From the NCBI GenBank assembly GCA_965219685.1, contig CBDCOH010000002.1, positions 3,904,001 through 3,968,000 of the forward strand: 64,000 nucleotides of DNA, given 5' to 3'. The notes beneath the pieces are model-generated. The model saw nothing but the letters and a program-made list of their open reading frames with translations, was not told where the DNA came from and ran no database searches. Source of the stretch: Candidatus Spongiisociaceae bacterium. Its GTDB lineage: Bacteria; Actinomycetota; Acidimicrobiia; Spongiisociales; Spongiisociaceae. Both the position numbers and the translations under genes were made by a program. Positions 50,539-59,149 of the stretch are shown piece by piece (within the stretch, counting starts at the first letter, position 1; each line of letters starts with the position of its first letter).

Positions 50539-51258
50539 GTGCCGACCCCTGCATCTTCCTCCCGCCACATCGCGCTGCTCGTCGACGGTGACAACGCCCA
50601 GCCGTCACTTATAGAGCCCATCCTGAGCGAGGTGGCAAAACACGGTGTGATAACCACTCGGCGCATCTACGGCGACTGGACCATGCCGGAGATGTCCGGC
50701 TGGAAGAAAGGGCTGCAGACCTATGCGATCCAACCCATCCAGCAGTTCCGCTACACGAAGGGCAAGAACGCTACCGACAGTGCGCTGATTATCGATGCCA
50801 TGGACCTGCTCCACACCGGAGCGGTGGACGGGTTCTGCATAGTGTCCAGCGACAGTGACTACACCCGGCTGGCCACACGGATCCGTGAACAGGGTCTCTT
50901 CGTCATGGGGATAGGCCGCCGGCGGACACCGAGTTCACTGGTGAACGCATGCGAGGTGTTCGTCTACACCGAGAACCTCGTACAGCCGGACGGATCCTCC
51001 CGAGAGCAGCTCACATCGAAACAGCGCTCGGAGTGGGTCACCACCATGGGTCTTGCCATAGACGCCGTCCTGCAGGAGGATGGTTGGGCGAATCTCGGCG
51101 AGGTCGGCGCCCAGATAGGCAAGCTGGATCCTGCTTTCGACTCCCGTACCTATGGATTCTCACGGATGTCCCTGCTCGTCAAGTCCCGACCCGACGTCCT
51201 GCAGACCGAGGAGAGGATGATCGGTGGCCAGGCACAGATCTACATCAAGAGAGCGTGA
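50539..51258 (+). CDS. NYN (LabA/DUF88) domain protein with C-terminal OST-HTH
   Basis: ALLVDGDN, RIYGDW, GKNATDSALIIDAMD, SSDSDY, FDSRTYGF. Confidence 0.92.
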   Translation: MPTPASSSRHIALLVDGDNAQPSLIEPILSEVAKHGVITTRRIYGDWTMPEMSGWKKGLQTYAIQPIQQFRYTKGKNATDSALIIDAMDLLHTGAVDGFCIVSSDSDYTRLATRIREQGLFVMGIGRRRTPSSLVNACEVFVYTENLVQPDGSSREQLTSKQRSEWVTTMGLAIDAVLQEDGWANLGEVGAQIGKLDPAFDSRTYGFSRMSLLVKSRPDVLQTEERMIGGQAQIYIKRA

Positions 51259-51402
51259 GTCAGTTGTTAGTTACTAGTTGCTAGCCGTTAGTTATGGAGT
51301 GACGGGCGGACTCTCGGCCGATTTCGACAATCGCCAGCGTCGCCTGCGCCGGCACGTCTAGGATCACCGTGCGACACCAACCCCAGCTTTCCTTGGAGAC
51401 CC

Positions 51403-52233
51403 ATGGCGATCCTCTTGGCTGCCCTGACGTCGGTCTTCTACGGGGTGTTCGACTTCGCCGGCGGGATGGCCACCCGCCGGGTCCATGTCTTCGCGGTTGC
51501 GTTCTGGTCCAACCTCACGGGCCTGCTGCTCTCGGGTGTCATAGCCTTCATCTACCACCAGGTGTTCGGGGCGACCGTCACCGTCTCCGACCTGGCCTGG
51601 GGGGCATTGAGCGGCGTGGCGGCGGTCGCCGGGGTGGTCTTCTACTTCGAGGGCCTGGCAAAGGGCCAGATGGCGGTGGTCGCCCCGGTATCCGCCATCA
51701 CCCTGGCGTTGGTCCCCTTCATGTTCGGGTTCCTGACCGGAGAACGCTACGCCGTGCTGGCGTGGATAGGCGTCGCGTGTGCTGCCCCTGCCTTGTGGCT
51801 GACTGTCTCGACGCCAACCCGTGTGGACCGGCCGGGGAAAGCGATCTACGGTCTCGGAGCCGGTCTGGGTTTCTCCCTGATGTTCATTGGCCTCGCGCAG
51901 GTCTCGGGCGAGGCCGGGATGTGGACGCTGATCCCCTTCAAGTGCGCCAGCGTCGCCGCAGCGGGGTTCCTAGTCAGGGTGCAGGGTGTCCCACTCGGCC
52001 TGCCGAGGAAGAACCTTCTCCTGGCGCTCGCCGCCGGGGGTTCCGTGCTGGCCAACCTCACCTACCTGCTGGCGGTGCGCTTCGGGCCGCTGGGACTCGT
52101 GGCGGTGGCGTCGTCGCTCTACCCGGCGGTGGTGGCCGTCATGGCCTTCCTGGTCTTCAAGGAGAAGGCGCCTCCCCAACGCATCGCTGGTCTCCTGCTG
52201 TCCCTGGTAGCCCTGTCCCTGATCGCCCTCTGA
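51403..52233 (+). CDS. EamA/DMT family transporter
   Basis: About 10 hydrophobic segments; DFAGG, GQMAVVAP, SSLYP. Confidence 0.88.
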   Translation: MAILLAALTSVFYGVFDFAGGMATRRVHVFAVAFWSNLTGLLLSGVIAFIYHQVFGATVTVSDLAWGALSGVAAVAGVVFYFEGLAKGQMAVVAPVSAITLALVPFMFGFLTGERYAVLAWIGVACAAPALWLTVSTPTRVDRPGKAIYGLGAGLGFSLMFIGLAQVSGEAGMWTLIPFKCASVAAAGFLVRVQGVPLGLPRKNLLLALAAGGSVLANLTYLLAVRFGPLGLVAVASSLYPAVVAVMAFLVFKEKAPPQRIAGLLLSLVALSLIAL

Positions 52234-52368
52234 ACCGATCCGGTCCTCTGCCGGACCGTGGAGAAAAGGCAATCCGCCGGGACTATGTTCCGGTTCCGCG
52301 CGCATCCATGCAGAGCCGGAGTCCGGATCATCGGGAACCCGCAGCCCGGCCGGCGCCGTCCAAGAACC

Positions 52369-53871
52369 ATGAAGACCACACATGCCCCCATCCGAGCCCT
52401 GATAGCACTGGTTGCGGTCGTCGCCATCCTGGCGGGCGCCTGCAGCACCGAACCGACCGCTAGCCCGATAGACGAAGGTGGCCTGACCGCCGCGCCGACC
52501 ACAACGTCGTCACCGCCGGCCGATCCCGGACCCGAACCGCGCGTGGAGGACGATGACCCTCCGGAAGCCGGCGACGGGTGGATCGGCGGCGAGCCCGACT
52601 GGGACGGCGGCGACACGTCCGAGGAGTCATCCGCCGAGTACGAGGTGATGGCCGAGGAGGCTGCGGCGGACGAGGTGATGGTGGAACCGGAGATGGCGGA
52701 AGAGGCCGCAGCCGTCGACGTGACCGCTGCCCCCGCGGCAGAGGCCGCATCGGACGACGATTACCTGACGGAGGACGACGTGGCCTTCGAGTCCGATCAA
52801 CCGCAGGCGAAGCTCACCGGCGGGTCGATCGACGACAACGAACGCTTCGAGGACTACCTGGCCTACCGCGCCGACTTCTTCGGCCTGGGGATCCCCGTGC
52901 GCGATCTCGACCCCTCCGGGCGCATCGTGGTGACGGTCACCGGCCAGGACGGCCTTCCTGCCGCCCATGCCGAGGTCGTCGTGGCCGGGGAAGGGCTGGA
53001 GGTGAGCCTGCGGACCACCGCCGACGGCACGGTGCGCTTCCACCCCGAGGCGTACGAGGCCGGCGCCGGGCCGTTCACCGTGTCCGCCGGCAGTGCGAGC
53101 ACCACGGCCACCCGGGGCCAGGACGTCACCCTCGAGACCTCCCTGCCCACCGCCGCGGGCGAGACGGTCGCTCTCGACGTCCTGTTCCTCCTCGACGCCA
53201 CCGGCTCGATGGAGGACGAGATCCACCAGCTCAAGATCACCATCGACGAGGTGGCCCAGCGCATCCACCGGCTCCCCGGCGACGTGGACGTGCGCCTGGG
53301 CATGACCCTGTACCGCGACGAGGGCGACGCATTCCTAACCTCGACGTTCGACCTCACCCCCGACGTCGAGGCCTTCGCAGAGGCTCTCGCGGAGGTCGTG
53401 GCCGCCGACGGCGGCGACTATCCGGAAGCCCTCGACGAGGCGCTCGCCGCCGCCCTGTCTCAGCCGTCGTGGCGCTCACCCTCCGACACGGTCCAACTGG
53501 TCTTCCTGGTGGCCGACGCGCCCCCTCAGATCCTGCGGCAGGTGCCCGTGCCCTACACCGATTCGATGCGCGATGCAGCCGGCCGGGGCATCAAGATCTT
53601 CCCGGTGTCATCGTCCGGAACCGACGACCAGGCCGAGTTCGTGTTCCGCCAACTCGCCCAGTTCACCGGCGCCCGCTACGTGTTCCTCACCTACGGAGCC
53701 GGAGGCCGCGCCACCGGCGAATCCACCGACATCGACCAACGCGACTACGAGGAACTCTCCCTCGACGACCTCATAGTGCGACTGGTAGCCGAGGAACTTG
53801 CCGCCCTGGCAAGCCCGACAGATCCGGAACCCACCGCCGAGCCATCCGAGACATCCGAAGACGACCAGTGA
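52369..53871 (+). CDS. VWA-domain lipoprotein
   Basis: Lipobox LAGAC; acidic low-complexity N-region; MIDAS DATGSM, YRD, GGDYPE, ADAPP. Confidence 0.87.
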   Translation: MKTTHAPIRALIALVAVVAILAGACSTEPTASPIDEGGLTAAPTTTSSPPADPGPEPRVEDDDPPEAGDGWIGGEPDWDGGDTSEESSAEYEVMAEEAAADEVMVEPEMAEEAAAVDVTAAPAAEAASDDDYLTEDDVAFESDQPQAKLTGGSIDDNERFEDYLAYRADFFGLGIPVRDLDPSGRIVVTVTGQDGLPAAHAEVVVAGEGLEVSLRTTADGTVRFHPEAYEAGAGPFTVSAGSASTTATRGQDVTLETSLPTAAGETVALDVLFLLDATGSMEDEIHQLKITIDEVAQRIHRLPGDVDVRLGMTLYRDEGDAFLTSTFDLTPDVEAFAEALAEVVAADGGDYPEALDEALAAALSQPSWRSPSDTVQLVFLVADAPPQILRQVPVPYTDSMRDAAGRGIKIFPVSSSGTDDQAEFVFRQLAQFTGARYVFLTYGAGGRATGESTDIDQRDYEELSLDDLIVRLVAEELAALASPTDPEPTAEPSETSEDDQ

Positions 53872-53889
53872 AGCAACCGAGCCCCCCGT

Positions 53890-54392
53890 TCACGGTATGA
53901 CCCGGTTCCTGGCGGACTCCGAAGCAGGCGAGATGACCGTAACCATCACCCATCGACCGGGTTTCCCGGAACCTGATCAGGAAGGGCCGCGGGTTCAACC
54001 GATCCTGACCATCGTTGCCAAGCGTAGAATCTGGCTGCTGCTGCCGACGAACGAACGGCGATCATCCACGCCATGAACCCTTGCAAGAGACCCTTGAAGG
54101 GTTGGTGGATCGAATGAGCAGGACAATGGAGGTACGGGCGAAGGCTCTGGAGGACTGGGCTGATCGCGTGGACCCGGCCGAGCTCAGGTTGGCCGACACC
54201 GAGGTGCTGCGGAGAATCGCTGCGCCGGCCCAGCGGCGCTCCGAGATCGAGGACGATCTGACCGCAGCAGTTCGCTCCGCGCGCCGGGCTCAGCACACTT
54301 GGTAAGAGATCGGAGCGATGCTCGGCGTTTCCAAGCAGGCCGCCCAAAGAACGTACGTGTCGAAGACATCGGCGTGGTCCGCTGCCGACTGA
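53890..54392 (+). pseudogene. Degraded actinobacterial toxin ('IHAM' type) and HTH antitoxin with premature TAA
   Basis: ..ADERTAIIHAMN..* overlaps MSRT..AAVRSARRAQHTW*EIGAMLGVSKQAAQRTY (TAA at 54303). Confidence 0.6.
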
Positions 54393-54781
54393 CGACGGAC
54401 GCCACCGTCGAACCGCCGCACTCACCGCCAGGCAGGCAGAGGCTGTCGAGTCGGACGGATGGATTTGCACGCGACCGCAGTGACCCGCCGGTTCCCTCCC
54501 CGTTCGGTCGCGGGCGAACGTGACGGTCGATCAGCACTCCCGCGCTCTAATCCACAATTTCTCACGCCGATAATCTCTGTTTCTCAGGACACCAAGCCGT
54601 GTTTTCGCCGCCACTGGCGGCTCGTCACCGCGGTTGCCAGCAACACGGCATCCCCGCGCCGGCATGAGCCGTGTTCTTGCGAACGTCTAGCCTCGGAACG
54701 GTGAGCGCCAGCGTCCGTTGAGGAAGCGGGGCGCGGCGAGTGGGCGTCAGTGGCTGCCACGCGGGCCGCCGAATAGTTGGT

Positions 54782-55105
54782 TCAGAGTCCGGTCAAGTCG
54801 GCTATGAGCTCTCGAATCTGTTGCAGCGCGACGGCTCCGATGTTCGTGCCCGTCGTGTCGACGACGCGGTCAACGCTGGTGGTCGTCGGCAGGTGCGCCT
54901 GGCCGACGCCGAAGCCGACGACATCAACCTCGCTCAACCATCCTCGCCGCGTGGTCGTGCAGGGTACGACCACGATCGCGTGTTGCCGGAACACGAGCAC
55001 GTCATCGGAAGTGACGATGATGGCCGGACGGACGAACCCAGGCTCGCCCCGCGACGGCGCCCCGAAATCGCAGCGGACTACATCACCCGCTCGCACCGGC
55101 GACAT
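54782..55105 (-). CDS. mazF: PemK/MazF family toxin
   Basis: AGDVVRCDFG..GEPGFVRPAIIV..VVPCTT. Confidence 0.88.
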   Translation of the reverse strand: MSPVRAGDVVRCDFGAPSRGEPGFVRPAIIVTSDDVLVFRQHAIVVVPCTTTRRGWLSEVDVVGFGVGQAHLPTTTSVDRVVDTTGTNIGAVALQQIRELIADLTGL

Positions 55106-55304
55106 CGCTCGCAGACGCGTCGAGCACCGCCTTGTCGTCAGCATCGAGTGGGGCGCTTGCGAGCTGAGCACCGATGATGCGACGACGCTCCCGTCGCACC
55201 AGCTTCGCGATCTGTGCGTCGAAGGTGAGCCCCTCACGGTCGGCGAGCTCGCGGAGAGCGTCCCGCGTCCGCACTGAGACCTTGATAGTGGTCGACTTGG
55301 GCAT
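55083..55304 (-). CDS. Ribbon-helix-helix antitoxin
   Basis: TTIKVSVRTRDALRELA; overlaps mazF. Confidence 0.78.
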   Translation of the reverse strand: MPKSTTIKVSVRTRDALRELADREGLTFDAQIAKLVRRERRRIIGAQLASAPLDADDKAVLDASASDVAGASG

Positions 55305-55395
55305 ACCTAGAGGCATACCACTCGCTCCCGGTACAAGCCGATATGGTCGAGCCTCAGGCTTCGAACAACACGCGGCAGTGGCGTGTCTGAGTGAT

Positions 55396-56193
55396 TCACA
55401 TGTCCCCTGCAGGTAGTCGAACCCGGCGGCAGGTCAGATGGGTGTGTTGACCGAGCGACGCGAAGGGTTCGGACCGACAGACCGCCTTCTCCAGTTCTAT
55501 GAGCTGAGCGAGCGCCTGGGGTCCACCCAGTTTGTCGACCACGTGATCGTGGAAGATCCGGATGCCCGCCCTCGCATTCACTTCCAGATCCTGCTCTTCG
55601 AGCCAGGAAACCACCATCTCGTTGTCCAGGGCGGTCGCACCTTCCCCCCACCCCCGCCTGCTCGGGCCGGTCCGGTAGTCCGCGAGGGCGGCTCCGAAGT
55701 CACCGGCGAGGGTTCGCTTGAGGAGCGAAGCGAAGCGGTTGTAGAACATCAGGGATAACTGACCTCCCGGCTTCACCAGGCGTGCCAGGTCTCCAACGGC
55801 AGAGCTCGGATCGTCGAGCCACTCGAGGACCGCATGACACAGAACCAGATCGAACCTCTCGTCCGCGACGTTCGCGTACCCCTGAATCGACATGTGGCGG
55901 AGGTCGATTGCGCCGGTGACTCCGGCCTCGGCGGCTCTCAAAGCCGCCTTGGAGAGCATCTCGTCGGAGACGTCGCACAGGACCACTGAATGGCCCAGTC
56001 CGGCCAGGCGCACCGCCATGTGACCGGATCCACCTCCGGCGTCGAGAATTCGCATCGGCTGATCAGCCAGGGCCGGCACATCTTCGTTCAGCACGCTCCA
56101 GAGGACGGCAAGCCTGACGGCGCCCTTCGTGGATCCATAGATGTCGGATTCGAACTCGTTAGCGATCCCATCGAAGCTGACATCACCCAACAT
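55396..56193 (-). CDS. cmoM: SAM methyltransferase, CmoM/SmtA-like
   Basis: FDGIANEFESDIYGSTKG, LDAGGGSG, HAVLEW, LSLMFYN, GIRIFHD, CRSEPF..LGQHTH follow recalled E. coli SmtA along its length. Confidence 0.72.
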   Translation of the reverse strand: MLGDVSFDGIANEFESDIYGSTKGAVRLAVLWSVLNEDVPALADQPMRILDAGGGSGHMAVRLAGLGHSVVLCDVSDEMLSKAALRAAEAGVTGAIDLRHMSIQGYANVADERFDLVLCHAVLEWLDDPSSAVGDLARLVKPGGQLSLMFYNRFASLLKRTLAGDFGAALADYRTGPSRRGWGEGATALDNEMVVSWLEEQDLEVNARAGIRIFHDHVVDKLGGPQALAQLIELEKAVCRSEPFASLGQHTHLTCRRVRLPAGDM

Positions 56194-56227
56194 GGATCAC
56201 CTCACTTCCCCACTGCTCCCCCTCGAT

Positions 56228-56510
56228 GCGTTCTTCCCTAGACGAGTAGTGCCGAGGGATCTGACCCGAAGCGACCGTACTCTACGATCGTTACACAACG
56301 CTGCACAAACACATCTGTACCTCGTGTGTATCTGTTCCTGGACTCGGACCCCGGGGCTGCCACTTCGTGAAGAGCCTCCCGCGGCGAAAAGGGAGACCCA
56401 AACAGTTCCATGGAGGATGTAAAATGATTCAATCTAATGTTAACCACCGATCACCAACTAACAACTATAGACTACCAACTAGGAACTAATCATCTAGTGT
56501 TCCCGGCCCG
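56228..56510. repeat. Dispersed non-coding element, copy B
   Basis: Colinear with copy A; tail shared with copy C. Confidence 0.85.
56279..56308 (-). promoter_or_regulatory. Putative sigma70 promoter TTGTGC-N18-TAGAGT upstream of the cmoM-like gene
   Basis: Same spacing in copy A (TTGTAC-N18-TAGAGT, 50266-50295). Confidence 0.45.
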
Positions 56511-56580
56511 TCGAGTCGGCTATCAACCGCTGCGAGCAACTCGCCGATCCGGTCAGCAGTCAGTTTCCGGTTCTTGGAGT

Positions 56581-56988
56581 TCAATCCCAGGGGAGCCACC
56601 AGTCGGGGGTACCTTTGTCGAGCACTCGAAGGTGAAACCAGACCCTATGAACGGCACACGATGCGGCTGCGGGCTTCCGCACCCACCCCCCACAGGGCCT
56701 GTCGAAGGGTACATCGAATGGGATCACGTCGGTATCCGCGCGGTGGCTGAGCACCCAGTCCGGCACGGTCACGCCGTCGCGGTCTGCCAGGCAGTGAACG
56801 ACCGCCGAGATCGCGGGCAGCAGCATCTGGTCGTCTCCGTCACAGGAAGGAGCCTCGGCGACCAGTGCGGCCCGGTCCCTGGCAACATTCCAGTCCCGGA
56901 TGAACTGCAGGGCCCGGTAGGGGCTCAACCCGAGTCGAAGATCGAGGGCTCGGCCAATCTCTACCGGCTCCCAACGGAGACGGATCAA
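56581..56988 (-). CDS. Hypothetical protein resembling the C-terminal part of actinobacterial antitoxins (possibly a fragment)
   Basis: ALVAEAP..AISAVVHCLADRDGVTVPDWV..HRVW pattern. Confidence 0.45.
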   Translation of the reverse strand: MIRLRWEPVEIGRALDLRLGLSPYRALQFIRDWNVARDRAALVAEAPSCDGDDQMLLPAISAVVHCLADRDGVTVPDWVLSHRADTDVIPFDVPFDRPCGGWVRKPAAASCAVHRVWFHLRVLDKGTPDWWLPWD

Positions 56989-57016
56989 CCTTGCAAGGCA
57001 ATCGGCGGACTCGGGC

Positions 57017-57409
57017 TTAGCTGTTCGGGACTTCGAAAGAGAACCAGTCGCCGGCCATCTTCAACACACCGCGTTGGATGATGTCACGGCCGTTCAGGAC
57101 GTCGTGATCGGGCCAGCCGGCGTGTGCTTCGAACGCCCACAGACGGAACGGCCGTAGCTCCTCACCCAGTACGAGGCTCATGACGATGCGATGCACGCGG
57201 TGGTCTCTGATCCCACTCACGGTATGAAGGGGCTGGATCAGCCTTGTGCGCAGGTCTAGGCGGTCGGCAACCTGCGGTGGAATCACGGAGATGCTCGCTC
57301 CGGTATCGAGGAGACCGTTCGCCTCGACTTCATCGCCGACTCCGAAGGGGGCGACACGGACTGGGATGAGTGCGCCGACTCGCAGATCATAGGAACCGCT
57401 AAACAACAC
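57017..57409 (-). CDS. Retropepsin-like (clan AA) aspartic protease
   Basis: LLDTGAS and C-terminal LNGRDI (variant of LIGRD). Confidence 0.8.
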   Translation of the reverse strand: MLFSGSYDLRVGALIPVRVAPFGVGDEVEANGLLDTGASISVIPPQVADRLDLRTRLIQPLHTVSGIRDHRVHRIVMSLVLGEELRPFRLWAFEAHAGWPDHDVLNGRDIIQRGVLKMAGDWFSFEVPNS

Positions 57410-57671
57410 GCGAGTACCAGCCGAGGTCTACAGCTGTCTGGTCTCGCACTTCCTGGACAGAAAACCGCTCGTCGGGATACGTGTTCATGCCATCGTCGTA
57501 GGCGCTGTCCAGCGACTCGTACACAGCGATGACCCGGCCATCGCGCAGCAGTACCGACTTACCGGGGTCGGTTGTGAGGAGTCCGGGCAGATGTCTGTCG
57601 CAAAAGATCCTGTAGTTGTTGAGGGCCTGTTCTGCGGCCTCTTCCCGTGTCAGCACTCCGGTACTCCCCAT
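57399..57671 (-). CDS. DUF5678-like small protein
   Basis: LPGLLTTDPGKSVLLRDGRVIAVY..FSVQEV; overlaps the protease gene. Confidence 0.68.
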   Translation of the reverse strand: MGSTGVLTREEAAEQALNNYRIFCDRHLPGLLTTDPGKSVLLRDGRVIAVYESLDSAYDDGMNTYPDERFSVQEVRDQTAVDLGWYSRVV

Positions 57672-57735
57672 TCCTCCCAGGCTGTAACCGACAATAGCAG
57701 TTGTCTATACATACTAGTATGGTTTTTTGACACGC

Positions 57736-59130
57736 TCACTCGAAGCGGCATGACCACGGCAAGGTCGGGCACGGTGTCCACGCATCCATCAGCGCGCTCC
57801 GGGAGGGTGCGGCTTCGATCCTCCCTGCGGGTGACCAGGCCGGGCTGTAGGCACCCCCAGCCAGCAGCCAGGATCCGGAACCCGCGACATCCACCACCCA
57901 CACCTCGGACTCGCCGTCGCATGTGGTGGAGTAGGCCAAACGGTCCCCGTCGGGTGACCATGCCAGAGCCCAACCGAAGTCGCCGGTCACCGGAAGGCGG
58001 TTGCTGCCGTCGGGATCCATCACCGTTACCGTCTTGTTCGTATAGGCGATCTGGTCCCCGCCCGGAGACCACACCGGACTCCAACCTATGGCCAGCCGTC
58101 GGGCGCACGCGCCTTCAGGATCCATCACTCAGACCTCGTTGGTGAAGTCGTCTGATCTTTCGAAGGCGATGCGGTTCCCGTCCGGAGACCAGCCCAGGTT
58201 CAGATCGCCGTAGCTGGAGTTCGGTCGCCAGTCGTAGGTGAGCCGCCGCCGGACACCGCTATCCGTTGCCGCCACCCAGACCGCCCCGCCATGCCCGGAG
58301 TAGGCGATGACGCGCTTGTCCGGTGACCAGGCGGGTTCCGAACCCCTGAGAGCCATCCGCCGGGCACCGGAGCCGTCCATGCCCATCACCCAGAGCCCCC
58401 TACCGCCCCCATCCGACCTGGTGTATGCGATCTGCCTCCCGTCCGGAGACCACACCGGTCCCGACCCGTCGGCGATCATCCGGTGACCGGCCGCATCCGC
58501 CACTCAAATCTCAGGCACGTTCTCGACATATCTGGTGTAGGCGATGCGCTTCCCGTCCGGCGACCACGCGGGATCCGATCCGGCGTCGGCGAGCAGCCGG
58601 GCGTCGGCGCCGTCCGAGCCCATCGTCCAGATCCCTCCGTCGTTGTAGGCGATCCGGGACCCGTCCGGGGACCACACCGGACCCCAACCCTCGGTCAGCG
58701 GTTGCCGGTTGGTGCCGTCCGCGTCCGCCACCCAGACCCCACCGCCATCCAACTCCTCGTGGGCGATGCGCTTCCCCTCGGGCGACCACTCCGGATTCGA
58801 ACCCTTCGCCAGCGGTTGCCGGTTGGTGCCGTCCGCGTCCATCACCCAGGTCCCACCGTCATCCAACTCTTCGTAGGCGATGCGTTTCCCCTCGGGCGAC
58901 CACTCCGGGCTAGAGCCGCTGGCGGCCACCCGCTCCGGGTTGGTGCCGTCCGCGTCGGCCGCCCAGATTCCGGCCGAGCCGGCATCCGGTCTCTCCCTGT
59001 TGTAGACGACAGTCCCGGAACCGAAAGCAGCCGTATCCCCCACCGGGACGGAAGTGTCGCCAGCCCTTTCCGGCGGACACGCGTCCTTGCCCGCCGCGCC
59101 ATCGGGCACCCCCACCAACCATCCCACCAT
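57736..59130 (-). pseudogene. TolB/PD40 beta-propeller repeat protein interrupted by two in-frame TGA codons
   Basis: Repeated P.WSPDG..IAY..WV(M/A)DADG units; three abutting same-frame ORFs split at 58504 and 58129; 114-bp internal duplication at 58698/58812. Confidence 0.85.
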
Positions 59131-59149
59131 CGTTGAGGCGGCCAGGAAC

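Noticed and set aside
2233-53900. Many long antisense or alternate-frame ORFs (e.g. 2233..3432-, 9028..10620+, 10307..11956+, 29251..30834-, 52578..53900+)
   Set aside because: Shadow ORFs of high-GC genes; Arg/Gly/Pro-rich or antisense with no motifs.
49893-56447. Dispersed element copies as small protein genes (ORFs 49893..50426-, 56238..56447-, 56141..56422+)
   Set aside because: Indels between copies do not preserve any common reading frame.
53800-57700. Integron cassette array
   Set aside because: No attC-like RYYYAAC..GTTRRRY palindromes recognised, mixed gene orientation, and no integrase.
57736-59130. Alternative genetic code (UGA = Trp or Gly)
   Set aside because: Many intact genes in the window end in TGA, often in ATGA/GTGA overlaps, and Trp is otherwise TGG.
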